A stretch of 64,000 bases of DNA. Source: Thermoanaerobaculia bacterium (lineage in GTDB: Bacteria; Acidobacteriota; Thermoanaerobaculia; Gp7-AA8). The position numbers were made by a program, and so were the translations under genes. Position 1 is the stretch's first letter, and every line of letters starts with the position of its first letter. Shown here piece after piece: positions 28,248-37,486 of this stretch. The stretch spans positions 444 to 64,443 of the forward strand of contig JADGNZ010000035.1 of assembly GCA_017883205.1 (NCBI GenBank), read 5' to 3'. Below the pieces are notes generated by a model. That model ran no database searches. It had not been told where the DNA came from and saw only the letters and a program-made list of their open reading frames with translations.

Positions 28248-30679
28248 TGTCGACGAATCCGTTCCCCGGCTTACGTCCATTCCTTGAAGAAGAAGAGCAT
28301 CTCTTTTTCGGGCGTGAATCGCAGGTCGACGCCATGGTCGACACGCTTGCCGCGTCGCATTTCCTGGCTGTGGTCGGGACATCCGGATCGGGAAAATCGT
28401 CGCTCGTAAACTGTGGTCTGCGCCCGGCCCTTCATCGGGGAATGATGGCGCAAGCCGGCACGTCGTGGCGTATCGCCCAGTTCCGGCCGGGAAACAATCC
28501 GATCTGCGCGATGGCGGAAGCGCTGGCCAAAGAGGGGGCTCTCTACGGCGGTGCCGTGGAAGGTCCCTTCACTCAAAGCGAGATGATCGAGTCGAGTCTT
28601 CGCATGAGCAAACTTGGGCTGCTGGATGTCTTCGAGCAAGCCCGTCTGCCCCAGGGAACGAATCTGCTCGTGGTGGCCGACCAGTTCGAAGAGCTCTTCC
28701 GATTTCAAGAGAAGAGCGCAATCGGAACCAACGCGCGGAACGATCTCGCCGACCAGGCCACGGCGTTCGTCAACCTCCTCCTGGAAGTGCGCGGACACAA
28801 AGACCTGCCCATCTACGTCACGCTCACGATGCGCTCTGACTTTCTCGGCGAGTGCGCGCAGTTCTACGGACTACCGGAGGCGATCAACGGGGGCCAGTAC
28901 CTCGTGCCGCGGATGACTCGTGACGAGCGCAGACGCGCCATCGCCGGTCCTGTCGGAGTCGGCGGCGCGGAGATCGATCCGGTCCTGCTCACGCGCCTGG
29001 TCAACGACGTCGGCGGGAATCCCGATCAGCTTTCGATCCTGCAGCATGCGCTCAACCGCACCTGGCGGCAGTGGGAACGCGAGGGCAGCAGCGGTCCGCT
29101 GACCCTGCAGCACTACGAGAAGATCGGCACGATGGCCGGCGCGCTCGATCAGCACGCGGAAAAAGCCTATGCGGAGCTCACCACGCCAAGGCAGCGCGAA
29201 ATCTGCGAGAAGCTCTTCAAAGCGATTACCGACAAGGCCAGCGATGCCCGCGGTGTGCGGCGGCCTACGAGCGTGGACACACTCTGCAAATTGACGGGTG
29301 CGACGATCGAGGAGCTCACCAGTGTCGTCGACGTCTTCCGTAAGCCCAGCCGCTCCTTCCTCATGCCGCCATTCGGCGAGGCCCTGAAGGCCGATACGGT
29401 GATCGACATCTCCCACGAGAGCCTGATGCGTGTTTGGGACCGCCTGCGGATCTGGACCGAGGAAGAGGCGCGATCGGCGGGAACCTACCGCCGTTTGAGC
29501 GAGACGGCCTCACTGGAGCTTCACAACGACGCGAGCCTCTGGACCGGCCCGGATCTGGCGGGAGCGCTGGCCTGGCTGAACGACGAAAAACCGGAAGCCT
29601 GCTGGGCCGAGCGGTACGCGCCGGGCTTCAACGAGGCGATGGCGTTCCTTCGGAAAAGCACGGACGCGCAGGCCGCGGAACAAAAGCGCCATCGCGATGA
29701 AGCGTTGGAGAAGGCTCGGACCCAGGCCCGCTATGCCCGGGCGATTGCATTGCTTTCCGTGGCGCTGGTTCTCGCCCTGGCTCTCGGGGGCCTGTTAATT
29801 TACCGAAACGCCGCCACCAATTACCGGAACGCCGCCACCGCGCACGAGAGGGAAAAGGAGAAGCTCAACCGGTCCGCAAGGTCACTGCGGCAACAGGTTA
29901 TTGCCTCAGAGCAACAGGTCGTCAGCTCACAGCAACAGGTCGTCAGTTCACAGGCAGTCGCCGTTCAGTCGTTTGCGGTTGACAAGCAGCGGCCCGAGGA
30001 CGCTCGGAGAATTCACCAGAGCTTCGAGGCGCTGACCCATATTTCGGCGATCACAGCAACCGCTTCTCCGGAGCATTACACGAAGATCCAGTATTTCAAG
30101 AAAGCGACGGACTCACAGAAACTCGCCATGGCGCTGGATGACCTCGGTTTCGCGGTAAGCGAGGAAACCGCACGTACTCCCCGCGAGACGAATTGCATCT
30201 GGTACGGATCCGCAGTGCCGGATAACGATGTCAAGCTTGTCGCGTATGCCGTCATGCGAGCCGGCATCGATCTTAAGGGTATTCAGCCGCAGAACGTCGA
30301 GATCGGCTTCGATCCGGAGGTAATCCAAGTCGGCCATAACCCTTACTTGGATGAACAACCTCCATTCACACCGGACATCCTCAACACAACGCCGCCAAAC
30401 CAACTCCGTCGCATCGAAGTAGGGGCCAAGTCGAACGTTACCGGCATAATTACCAAACTTGATCCGAAGGCGCAGGAGGGTTGGATCCAGGGGCCGAAGG
30501 GCCCGGTGTATTTCCAGTTCTCGGACGATCCGCCGCCGAAGCCATTTAACGTCGGCGATGCCGTGACATTCACTGTCTACTACGGCAAGCGAATGTACGC
30601 GGAGAGGGTCACGGCACGAACGGAACAGCCTCGGCCCGGATCGAAAGCGGCGAGCGAGCTCAAAGCTGGCGTCCAGTAG
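28244..30679 (+). CDS. STAND-class P-loop NTPase with a predicted transmembrane helix, coiled-coil/tandem-repeat segment and C-terminal cold-shock-like OB fold
   Basis: NPFPGLRPFLEEEEHLFFGRESQVD...LAVVGTSGSGKSSLVNCGLRPAL (Walker A), LLVVADQFEELF (Walker B). Transmembrane-like LLSVALVLALALGGLLIY around aa 512-530. C-terminal TGIITKL...VYFQFSD...NVGDAVTFTV is CspA-like. Confidence 0.8.
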   Translation: MMSTNPFPGLRPFLEEEEHLFFGRESQVDAMVDTLAASHFLAVVGTSGSGKSSLVNCGLRPALHRGMMAQAGTSWRIAQFRPGNNPICAMAEALAKEGALYGGAVEGPFTQSEMIESSLRMSKLGLLDVFEQARLPQGTNLLVVADQFEELFRFQEKSAIGTNARNDLADQATAFVNLLLEVRGHKDLPIYVTLTMRSDFLGECAQFYGLPEAINGGQYLVPRMTRDERRRAIAGPVGVGGAEIDPVLLTRLVNDVGGNPDQLSILQHALNRTWRQWEREGSSGPLTLQHYEKIGTMAGALDQHAEKAYAELTTPRQREICEKLFKAITDKASDARGVRRPTSVDTLCKLTGATIEELTSVVDVFRKPSRSFLMPPFGEALKADTVIDISHESLMRVWDRLRIWTEEEARSAGTYRRLSETASLELHNDASLWTGPDLAGALAWLNDEKPEACWAERYAPGFNEAMAFLRKSTDAQAAEQKRHRDEALEKARTQARYARAIALLSVALVLALALGGLLIYRNAATNYRNAATAHEREKEKLNRSARSLRQQVIASEQQVVSSQQQVVSSQAVAVQSFAVDKQRPEDARRIHQSFEALTHISAITATASPEHYTKIQYFKKATDSQKLAMALDDLGFAVSEETARTPRETNCIWYGSAVPDNDVKLVAYAVMRAGIDLKGIQPQNVEIGFDPEVIQVGHNPYLDEQPPFTPDILNTTPPNQLRRIEVGAKSNVTGIITKLDPKAQEGWIQGPKGPVYFQFSDDPPPKPFNVGDAVTFTVYYGKRMYAERVTARTEQPRPGSKAASELKAGVQ

Positions 30680-30682
30680 TTA

Positions 30683-30808
30683 CCGGCCGGCGCGTTGGCG
30701 ATTCGCTCGATCGGCGCCGGCTTCCGGTCTTCGCTCACTTTCACGCAGACCACCTGCGCCTCGGTGACCAGGACTTTGTTCTGGTGAAGAGTGTCACGCG
30801 CAGACGCG
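30683..30808 (-). pseudogene. 3' fragment of a diverged paralog of the adjacent acyl-CoA thioesterase gene
   Basis: The minus strand encodes ...RDTLHQNKVLVTEAQVVCVKVSEDRKPAPIERIANAPAGN. The intact gene at 31278..31685 ends ...GTDPQKKVLVTEAQVVYVNVGEDRKPTPIVRIANALSR. About 85% nucleotide identity over about 100 bp. Upstream, the reading frame runs into the repeat array. Confidence 0.55.
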
Positions 30809-30835
30809 GAGGTACGTCTTGGCCGTTAACCTTAA

Positions 30836-31094
30836 CACCCTGAGTCTCTTGCGAAAGACTCCCGAGTCTTTTGCGAAAGACCCCCGAGTCTTTTGCGAAA
30901 GACCCCCGAGTCTTTAACGAAAGACCCCCGAGTCTTTTGCGAAAGACCCCCGAGTCTTTAACGAAAGACCCCCGAGTCTTTTGCGAAAGACCCCGAGTCT
31001 TTAACGAAAGACCCCCGAGTCTTTTGCGAAAGACCCGGGTGTCATTATCGAATGACCCGGGAGTCATTGTCGAATGACTCGGGAGTCATTCGCG
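30836..31094. repeat. Array of 12 contiguous palindromic 22-bp units: 9 of type TCTTTTGCGAAAGACCCCCGAG/TCTTTAACGAAAGACCCCCGAG, then 3 of type (A/G)TCGAATGACCCGGGAGTCATT
   Basis: Each unit is an inverted repeat (AAAGACTC/GAGTCTTT or AATGACTC/GAGTCATT) around a C/G core. The two main variants alternate. No unique spacers. Confidence 0.9.
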
Positions 31095-31164
31095 AAAGGG
31101 CACGGCAGAGGAGCTAACTGCATGGGGGTTCAGTAATTTAGGTGCTTCATCTGACAGATCGCAA

Positions 31165-31255
31165 GGGGGCAGGTCGAAACCGAAACCGACGACAGCTTGA
31201 GTAGAGCGGAATGCTCGCAGCGAAGTGTCGTCGGTTTCGGTTTCGACCTGACCCC
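31165..31255. repeat. Perfect 25-bp-stem hairpin CAGGTCGAAACCGAAACCGACGACA...TGTCGTCGGTTTCGGTTTCGACCTG
   Basis: Perfect inverted repeat with a GAAACC subrepeat, immediately downstream of the minus-strand thioesterase gene. Confidence 0.85.
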
Positions 31256-31277
31256 TTCGCTTCTTCCGCTTCGCCTC

Positions 31278-31685
31278 TCAACGGCTCAGCGCGTTGGCGA
31301 TGCGCACGATCGGAGTCGGCTTCCGATCTTCGCCCACGTTCACGTAGACCACCTGCGCCTCGGTGACGAGGACTTTCTTCTGTGGGTCGGTACCGCGGAT
31401 CGCCTCACAAACGACTTTGACCGTGATCGAGGTCCTGCCGATGCGGAGGGTCTCCGTCCAAAAGCTGATGAGGTCACCGACGAAGACGGGCTGGTGAAAG
31501 ACGATCTTGTCCATCGACACGGTCAGCATCAGCCGGGAGCCCTGGCGGCGCGCTTCGATCGCGCCGGCCTGGTCGATGTAGCTGAGGATCACGCCGCCGA
31601 AGATCGTGCCTTGCGCGTTCGTGTCGCGCGGCATCATCAAGACCCGGATGGCGGGCTCTGCCCAACGTTCGGCGATTTCAGTCAT
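31278..31685 (-). CDS. Acyl-CoA thioesterase (hotdog fold, YciA-like)
   Basis: VLMMPRDTNAQGTIFGGVILSYIDQAG, typical of YciA-type thioesterases; 135 aa. Confidence 0.85.
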   Translation of the reverse strand: MTEIAERWAEPAIRVLMMPRDTNAQGTIFGGVILSYIDQAGAIEARRQGSRLMLTVSMDKIVFHQPVFVGDLISFWTETLRIGRTSITVKVVCEAIRGTDPQKKVLVTEAQVVYVNVGEDRKPTPIVRIANALSR

Positions 31686-31753
31686 GTTCGATCACTCAGA
31701 GCGAAATCCCGATCGTCCCGCCTCGGTGACAACAACCCAGCCAGGCATCTCGC

Positions 31754-33703
31754 CTAGCCGGGCTGCTGCGAAGGCGTCTGCTGTTCGGTGACCTTCTTGT
31801 TGATGTCGATCGATGCTGCTTTCCGCAGGCTCTGGAGCATCGTAATACGGAGGTTCCGTGACTCCTGCTGGCGCAACGTCTCCATGAATTGCGTACGGTT
31901 TTGCGCGAGCGTGGCGGGATCAACTTTCTTCTGCTCGAGGACCTGGAAGATCACGGCACCGTCGCCGGTCATGATCGGACCCTTCACCTCACCCACCGGA
32001 GCGGTCATCGCCGCATTGACGAGCGCCGACGTGTCGCCGGTGAACCCGGTCACGGAGCCCTGGCGGTTGACCGACGTTTCCGCTGAGGCCAGGCCGAGTT
32101 TGGCGCCGGCCACATCCACGGACGGGGCAGGCAGCTCTTTCGCCAGCGCCTGCTGCGCGAGCAGCCGCGCCTTCTCCATCTTTGCGTCGTTCTCGACCTT
32201 GGCGCGCACCTCGTCGAGCGGCGAAACGCCGGCCGAGCGGATGTTGTACAGGAACGGAATGGCTGGACCGCGCTGTGTACCGATGATGTCGCCGACGTCG
32301 TTCTGCTTGGCCGCAAAGGCCCAGCTCGTGAACGCCGGATTGTTTCCCATTCCCGGAATTGCATCGGTCTTGCCGAACCACTGCGAGTCATTCGACGCCA
32401 CGTTCCCGCTGGCCAGCGCCGTGAACTCGGCGGCAGTCTTCGGCTTGTTCTCTTTGATGCGTGCGGCGATGCGGGTGATCTCGTCGCGGGCGTTATCCTT
32501 CGACTGCTGCTCGATGGTCAAGCCGCGCAGCCGGTCGCGCACCTCTTCGAACGTGTGGTATCCCGGCGGACGCCGCTCCAGCACTTTGATGATGTGGTAG
32601 CCAAACTCGGCGGAGCGGATCGGATCGCTGATCGTATTCAACGGCATCGTGAAGGCCGCCTTATCGAACGGTTCGACCGTCGTATCCTTGTCGACCCAAC
32701 CCATGTCGCCGCCCTTGCCTGCGGAGGATGGATCGCCCGAGTTTTCTTTCGCCAGCTTCCCGAAATCGGCACCGGCACGAAGCTGGCGGACGAGGTCATC
32801 AGCCTTCGCCTTGGCCGCCTGCTCGACCGGCGCGGGAGCGCCCTGATCAACCTTGATGAGGATATGAAGAATGTGCGCACCCTGGGGAGCTTTGAACTCC
32901 TCATGGCGCTGGTCGTAGATCTTGCGCACCTCGGCGTCGCTCGGGTTGATCTGCGCCCGGACCTTGGCGAAGTCGGCGATCAGGTATTTGGCCGCGCGCT
33001 GTTCACCGTGCGTGTATTGCGACTGGTGGGTGGTGTAGTACTGCTGCACCTCGGCCGGAGTCACGTTGACATTTGCCGCTTCCCGGGCTGCGGGATAGAG
33101 GACGTATTTGATCTTCGCGGTTTCGCTGGTGCGGCGATACTCGTCGTCGGCGGACTTCGGCGAGATGATGATCGAGTTCTGAATGGCGCTCTCGATCTTC
33201 GAGAGCGTGATCTCGCGGGCAAGCTCCTCTTCAAACTCCGCCGGCGACTGGTAGCCCATCATCGTGACGTAGCGCGTGTAGATCTCGGCGCCCACAAACT
33301 TGCCGTCGGGATTGAGCGTGGGCAGATCCAGAATCTTCTTCCGCACTTCCTCGGCTGATGCGCCGAGGTGAAGACGGCGGGCCTGCTGGAGGAGAAGATG
33401 CTGATCGATCAGCGAGTCGAGCACCTGCTTCTGCAGACCCAGCTGTTGAATCTGGTCCGGCGTAAGCGGCTGCCGGTACATCTGCTCGTAGTTCTTTTCG
33501 GTGTAGTAGAGAGCCCGATCGAACTCGCGGTACGAGATCGTCTCCCCGTTCACGCGGGCCGCGTACGCATGCTGGTCGATCCCGCCACCGTTGCCGGCAC
33601 CGCCAGCGCCCCAGTCGACGAAAATGAAGAGGATAAAGACCGCAACAATGGCGACCAGAATCCATTTGAGGTGCTGAAAGCTATCGCGCATCAACTTGAG
33701 CAT
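31754..33703 (-). CDS. ppiD: Periplasmic chaperone / peptidyl-prolyl isomerase PpiD-like
   Basis: N-terminal membrane anchor, SurA_N-like region, and parvulin-type PPIase region (...ILHILIKVD... GGDMGW...). The start is taken at MLKLMRD. Confidence 0.75.
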   Translation of the reverse strand: MLKLMRDSFQHLKWILVAIVAVFILFIFVDWGAGGAGNGGGIDQHAYAARVNGETISYREFDRALYYTEKNYEQMYRQPLTPDQIQQLGLQKQVLDSLIDQHLLLQQARRLHLGASAEEVRKKILDLPTLNPDGKFVGAEIYTRYVTMMGYQSPAEFEEELAREITLSKIESAIQNSIIISPKSADDEYRRTSETAKIKYVLYPAAREAANVNVTPAEVQQYYTTHQSQYTHGEQRAAKYLIADFAKVRAQINPSDAEVRKIYDQRHEEFKAPQGAHILHILIKVDQGAPAPVEQAAKAKADDLVRQLRAGADFGKLAKENSGDPSSAGKGGDMGWVDKDTTVEPFDKAAFTMPLNTISDPIRSAEFGYHIIKVLERRPPGYHTFEEVRDRLRGLTIEQQSKDNARDEITRIAARIKENKPKTAAEFTALASGNVASNDSQWFGKTDAIPGMGNNPAFTSWAFAAKQNDVGDIIGTQRGPAIPFLYNIRSAGVSPLDEVRAKVENDAKMEKARLLAQQALAKELPAPSVDVAGAKLGLASAETSVNRQGSVTGFTGDTSALVNAAMTAPVGEVKGPIMTGDGAVIFQVLEQKKVDPATLAQNRTQFMETLRQQESRNLRITMLQSLRKAASIDINKKVTEQQTPSQQPG

Positions 33704-33867
33704 CGGGACGAACCTCTTGTTTTGACTTGATTTGGATGGCAACCGCGGCGCGGGACACCTCCAGCCGGGCGATCGCGTGAATCCGTAAAAAACGCGGCAG
33801 TGTAGCTATTCCCGCCTCCCGGAGCAAACTGTGCCGCTGGGCGTGCTATAAACTTCGACTCGTCCCG

Positions 33868-35301
33868 ATGGCCAAAGAGAAGCAGAGCTCCGGACCCGTG
33901 ATCGACTGGTATCTCGTTTCCATCGAGCGCCTCAAGCAGATCGGTATCGTGATACTCGTCGTCCTTCTCGGAGGCGGTGCATGGTGGTACTACACCAACC
34001 AGAAACGTAATCCGCGCAGCTCGGCCGAAGCAGCGATCGCCGAGGCCAGACAGGCGCTCAACACGCTCGCTGCTTCCAAAGACTTTCCGATGCATCGCAG
34101 CGATTTCGATCGCGCGCAGCACAAACTCGACGAAGCCGGGACGAAGCTCGCCGCCGGCAATTATCCCGACGCCGAGAGCGCCGCGGTGGAGTCGCAGACC
34201 TTCAGCAGGGCCGCGCTCAGCGGAAAAGGAGGCGCGGACAACGACGCACAGTTCCTCACCGTCGAAGGCGACGTACAGTTTCAGAAGTCCTCGACGAGCG
34301 ACTGGAGTCCGGCGGAGATGCGCACGCCGCTCTTTAACGGCGACTGGGTCAAGACCGGAGGCAGCGCTTCCGCGGAGCTCATCTTTTCGAACGGTTCGCT
34401 CTACACGATCGGACCGAACGCACTCCTCGAGATCTACTCGCAATTCAATGCAGCGACCAGCAGGAAGAACAATTCCGTGCAGATGCAGGTCGGCTCGGTC
34501 GAGGTGGCAACAACCGACGACGCGTCGAGCGTCCGCACGCCCGGCAGCCAGGTCACCATCGACTCCGAGTCGACGACGCAAGTCGGTGTCGACACGCAGA
34601 AAACGACCGCGGTCCTGGCGGAAAAGGGATCGGCCTCGATAGCCCCGTCCGACGGCAGCGCGGCAGTGAAACTCGCCGTCGGCGAGAAGGTCACCACCAC
34701 CCCGCAGGGAGCGCTTTCTGCCGTACGCAAGCTTCCCATGCCGCCCGCGCTCCTCACGCCGTCCGACAATCAGGTCTTTCTGGTCACGGCCGATTCGCGC
34801 GTCGAGTTCTCGTGGGAAGCCGTACCGGGAGCCACCGGCTACCTGCTGCAAGTCTCCCGTTCGCGCCTTTTCACATCTCTGGAGATCAATTCGCAACGCC
34901 AGAAAACCACCGCCTCGGCGCTAGTGACCGCAGAGGGAGCGTTCTACTGGCGCGTAGCAGCAACGGAAGCAGGAGGCGACGTCGGTCCGTTCTCCGCATT
35001 TCGACGCTTCCGCGTCAACGGCCCGGGTCACGAAGGGACGACCGCTCCGGATGCTCCGGCACCACGGCTGCAGCTCAAGCGTCCGTATTCGATCGGCGGA
35101 GCGTTCTTCATGATCGAAGGGGACACAGACCCCGGCGCAACGGTCCTCATCAACGACGAGGACGCCGACGTCGAAGGGAACGGTCACTTCAAGAAGCTCG
35201 TCAGCTTCAACAAGGTCGGAACCAATCTGGTCGTCGTCAAAGCAACCAACGCAGCAGGCAAACAAACCCGGCAATCCGAGACGGTGCACGTGGAAGAATA
35301 G
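33868..35301 (+). CDS. Membrane-anchored FecR-domain protein
   Basis: N-terminal transmembrane helix IGIVILVVLLGGGAWWYY. Middle region GDWVKTGGSASAELIFSNGSLYTIGPNALLEI is FecR-like. Ser/Thr-rich C-terminus. Confidence 0.55.
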   Translation: MAKEKQSSGPVIDWYLVSIERLKQIGIVILVVLLGGGAWWYYTNQKRNPRSSAEAAIAEARQALNTLAASKDFPMHRSDFDRAQHKLDEAGTKLAAGNYPDAESAAVESQTFSRAALSGKGGADNDAQFLTVEGDVQFQKSSTSDWSPAEMRTPLFNGDWVKTGGSASAELIFSNGSLYTIGPNALLEIYSQFNAATSRKNNSVQMQVGSVEVATTDDASSVRTPGSQVTIDSESTTQVGVDTQKTTAVLAEKGSASIAPSDGSAAVKLAVGEKVTTTPQGALSAVRKLPMPPALLTPSDNQVFLVTADSRVEFSWEAVPGATGYLLQVSRSRLFTSLEINSQRQKTTASALVTAEGAFYWRVAATEAGGDVGPFSAFRRFRVNGPGHEGTTAPDAPAPRLQLKRPYSIGGAFFMIEGDTDPGATVLINDEDADVEGNGHFKKLVSFNKVGTNLVVVKATNAAGKQTRQSETVHVEE

Positions 35302-35308
35302 GGTTCGC

Positions 35309-35393
35309 GGGAGTCGCTGGTCGGGAGTCGGGGGTCGGAGAGCACTGGCAACGTTTGCGCTCCGACCCCCGACTCCCGATCTGCGACCCCCAC
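35309..35393. repeat. Hairpin element GGGAGTCGCTGGTCGGGAGTCGGGGGTCGGAG...CTCCGACCCCCGACTCCCGATCTGCGACCCCC
   Basis: Inverted repeat with GTCGGG subrepeats between the FecR-like gene and mreB. Confidence 0.8.
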
Positions 35394-35450
35394 TTCAGGG
35401 CAACGCTCTTGCAGCAAGCCTCCCAAACGTCAAAAAAGGACAAGATCTAG

Positions 35451-36479
<1,029 letters not shown>

Positions 36480-36591
36480 CGGGGTGTGGGGAGTGGGGAG
36501 TGGGGAGTGGTAGAGCGCGGCGAGTGGAAGCTCATCCCGAATCCGGCTCCGTTTCCTCTCCCACACCCCACCCCCCACTCCGCACGCCCAC
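36480..36591. repeat. Hairpin element with a canonical G-quadruplex arm GGGGTGTGGGGAGTGGGGAGTGGGGAGTGG...CTCCCACACCCCACCCCCCACTCC
   Basis: Four GGGG tracts with 3-nt loops on the plus strand, and an imperfect C-rich complement about 50 nt downstream. Located between mreB and mreC. Confidence 0.8.
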
Positions 36592-36625
36592 TGGCTCAGA
36601 ATCTGCTCCATAACGCGCACGAACC

Positions 36626-37486
36626 ATGGCCGCACCCGCTGACGTAATCCCACGGCGCCCGACGTTGCTGTTCATCGTCGTCCTGGCGTTGCTCTTTTTT
36701 CTCATGAGCCTGAGCAGCAGGACGCGCTACATCGGTGAGACCCGCACGATGTTCGAGCGCAGCGTCATGATCCTCTTCGCGCCGATTCCGAAGACCGTGA
36801 ACTGGGCCGGCCAGTCGATGTCGGACGTCTACCATGGCTATCTCGACATGCGGCGCTCTGTCGGCGAGAACCTGCAGCTTCACCGGCAGATCGATGAGCT
36901 CACGACCGAGAACCTTCGCCTTCGCCAGTCCGAGGGCGATCTGCGCCGCCTGCGCAGTCTCCTCGGCTATTCGGAAGAGTTCACGATGCCGACGACCATG
37001 GCCGAGCCGGTCATGCTCGACATCTCCGGGCGCTTCAAATCGATCATCCTCGACCGCGGATCGAACACCGGCATCGAGGTCAACGACGCCGTCGTCAATG
37101 CCAGCGGGCTGATTGGCCGCGTTGTATTGACGACGAAAGACATGGCCAAGGTGCAATTGATCACCGACGGAAACTCCTCGGTAGGCGTCCTCATCGACCG
37201 GACCCGCCGGCAGGGCGTTCTTCGCGGTGATGGCGCGGCCGGCGCGCAGCTCTATGACATCCCGTCACTCTCCGACGTCAAGCCCGGCGACGTCGTCATG
37301 ACCGCCGGCATCGACGGCATCTATCCGAAAGGAATCCCGGTCGGAGTGGTGACGAAGGCGGAGAAAGGGCAGGACCTCTTCAAGACCATCGTCGTCCGTC
37401 CGTCGATCGACTTCGGCTCGATCGAGGAAGTGATCGTCCTGCACACGCGCAAAATACCGAATGACGTGGTGAGGTACACACCTTGA
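36626..37486 (+). CDS. mreC: Rod shape-determining protein MreC
   Basis: Transmembrane helix, coiled-coil (LQLHRQIDELTTENLRLRQSEGDLRRL) and the MreC beta-domain (GLIGRVV...VQLITD). Confidence 0.85.
   Translation: MAAPADVIPRRPTLLFIVVLALLFFLMSLSSRTRYIGETRTMFERSVMILFAPIPKTVNWAGQSMSDVYHGYLDMRRSVGENLQLHRQIDELTTENLRLRQSEGDLRRLRSLLGYSEEFTMPTTMAEPVMLDISGRFKSIILDRGSNTGIEVNDAVVNASGLIGRVVLTTKDMAKVQLITDGNSSVGVLIDRTRRQGVLRGDGAAGAQLYDIPSLSDVKPGDVVMTAGIDGIYPKGIPVGVVTKAEKGQDLFKTIVVRPSIDFGSIEEVIVLHTRKIPNDVVRYTP

Noticed and set aside
26642-30679. Evidence that the TIR-STAND island is an autonomous mobile element
   Set aside because: No integrase, transposase, tRNA gene or clear flanking direct repeats were found in the window. 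Mobility is inferred only from context (gene fragment, iteron array, codon usage), so it is not called a mobile element.
30836-31094. Possible CRISPR array (regular 22-bp palindromic repeats)
   Set aside because: Units are directly contiguous with no unique spacers. The unit is shorter than typical CRISPR repeats. There is no leader or cas genes. It is better described as an iteron-like tandem array.
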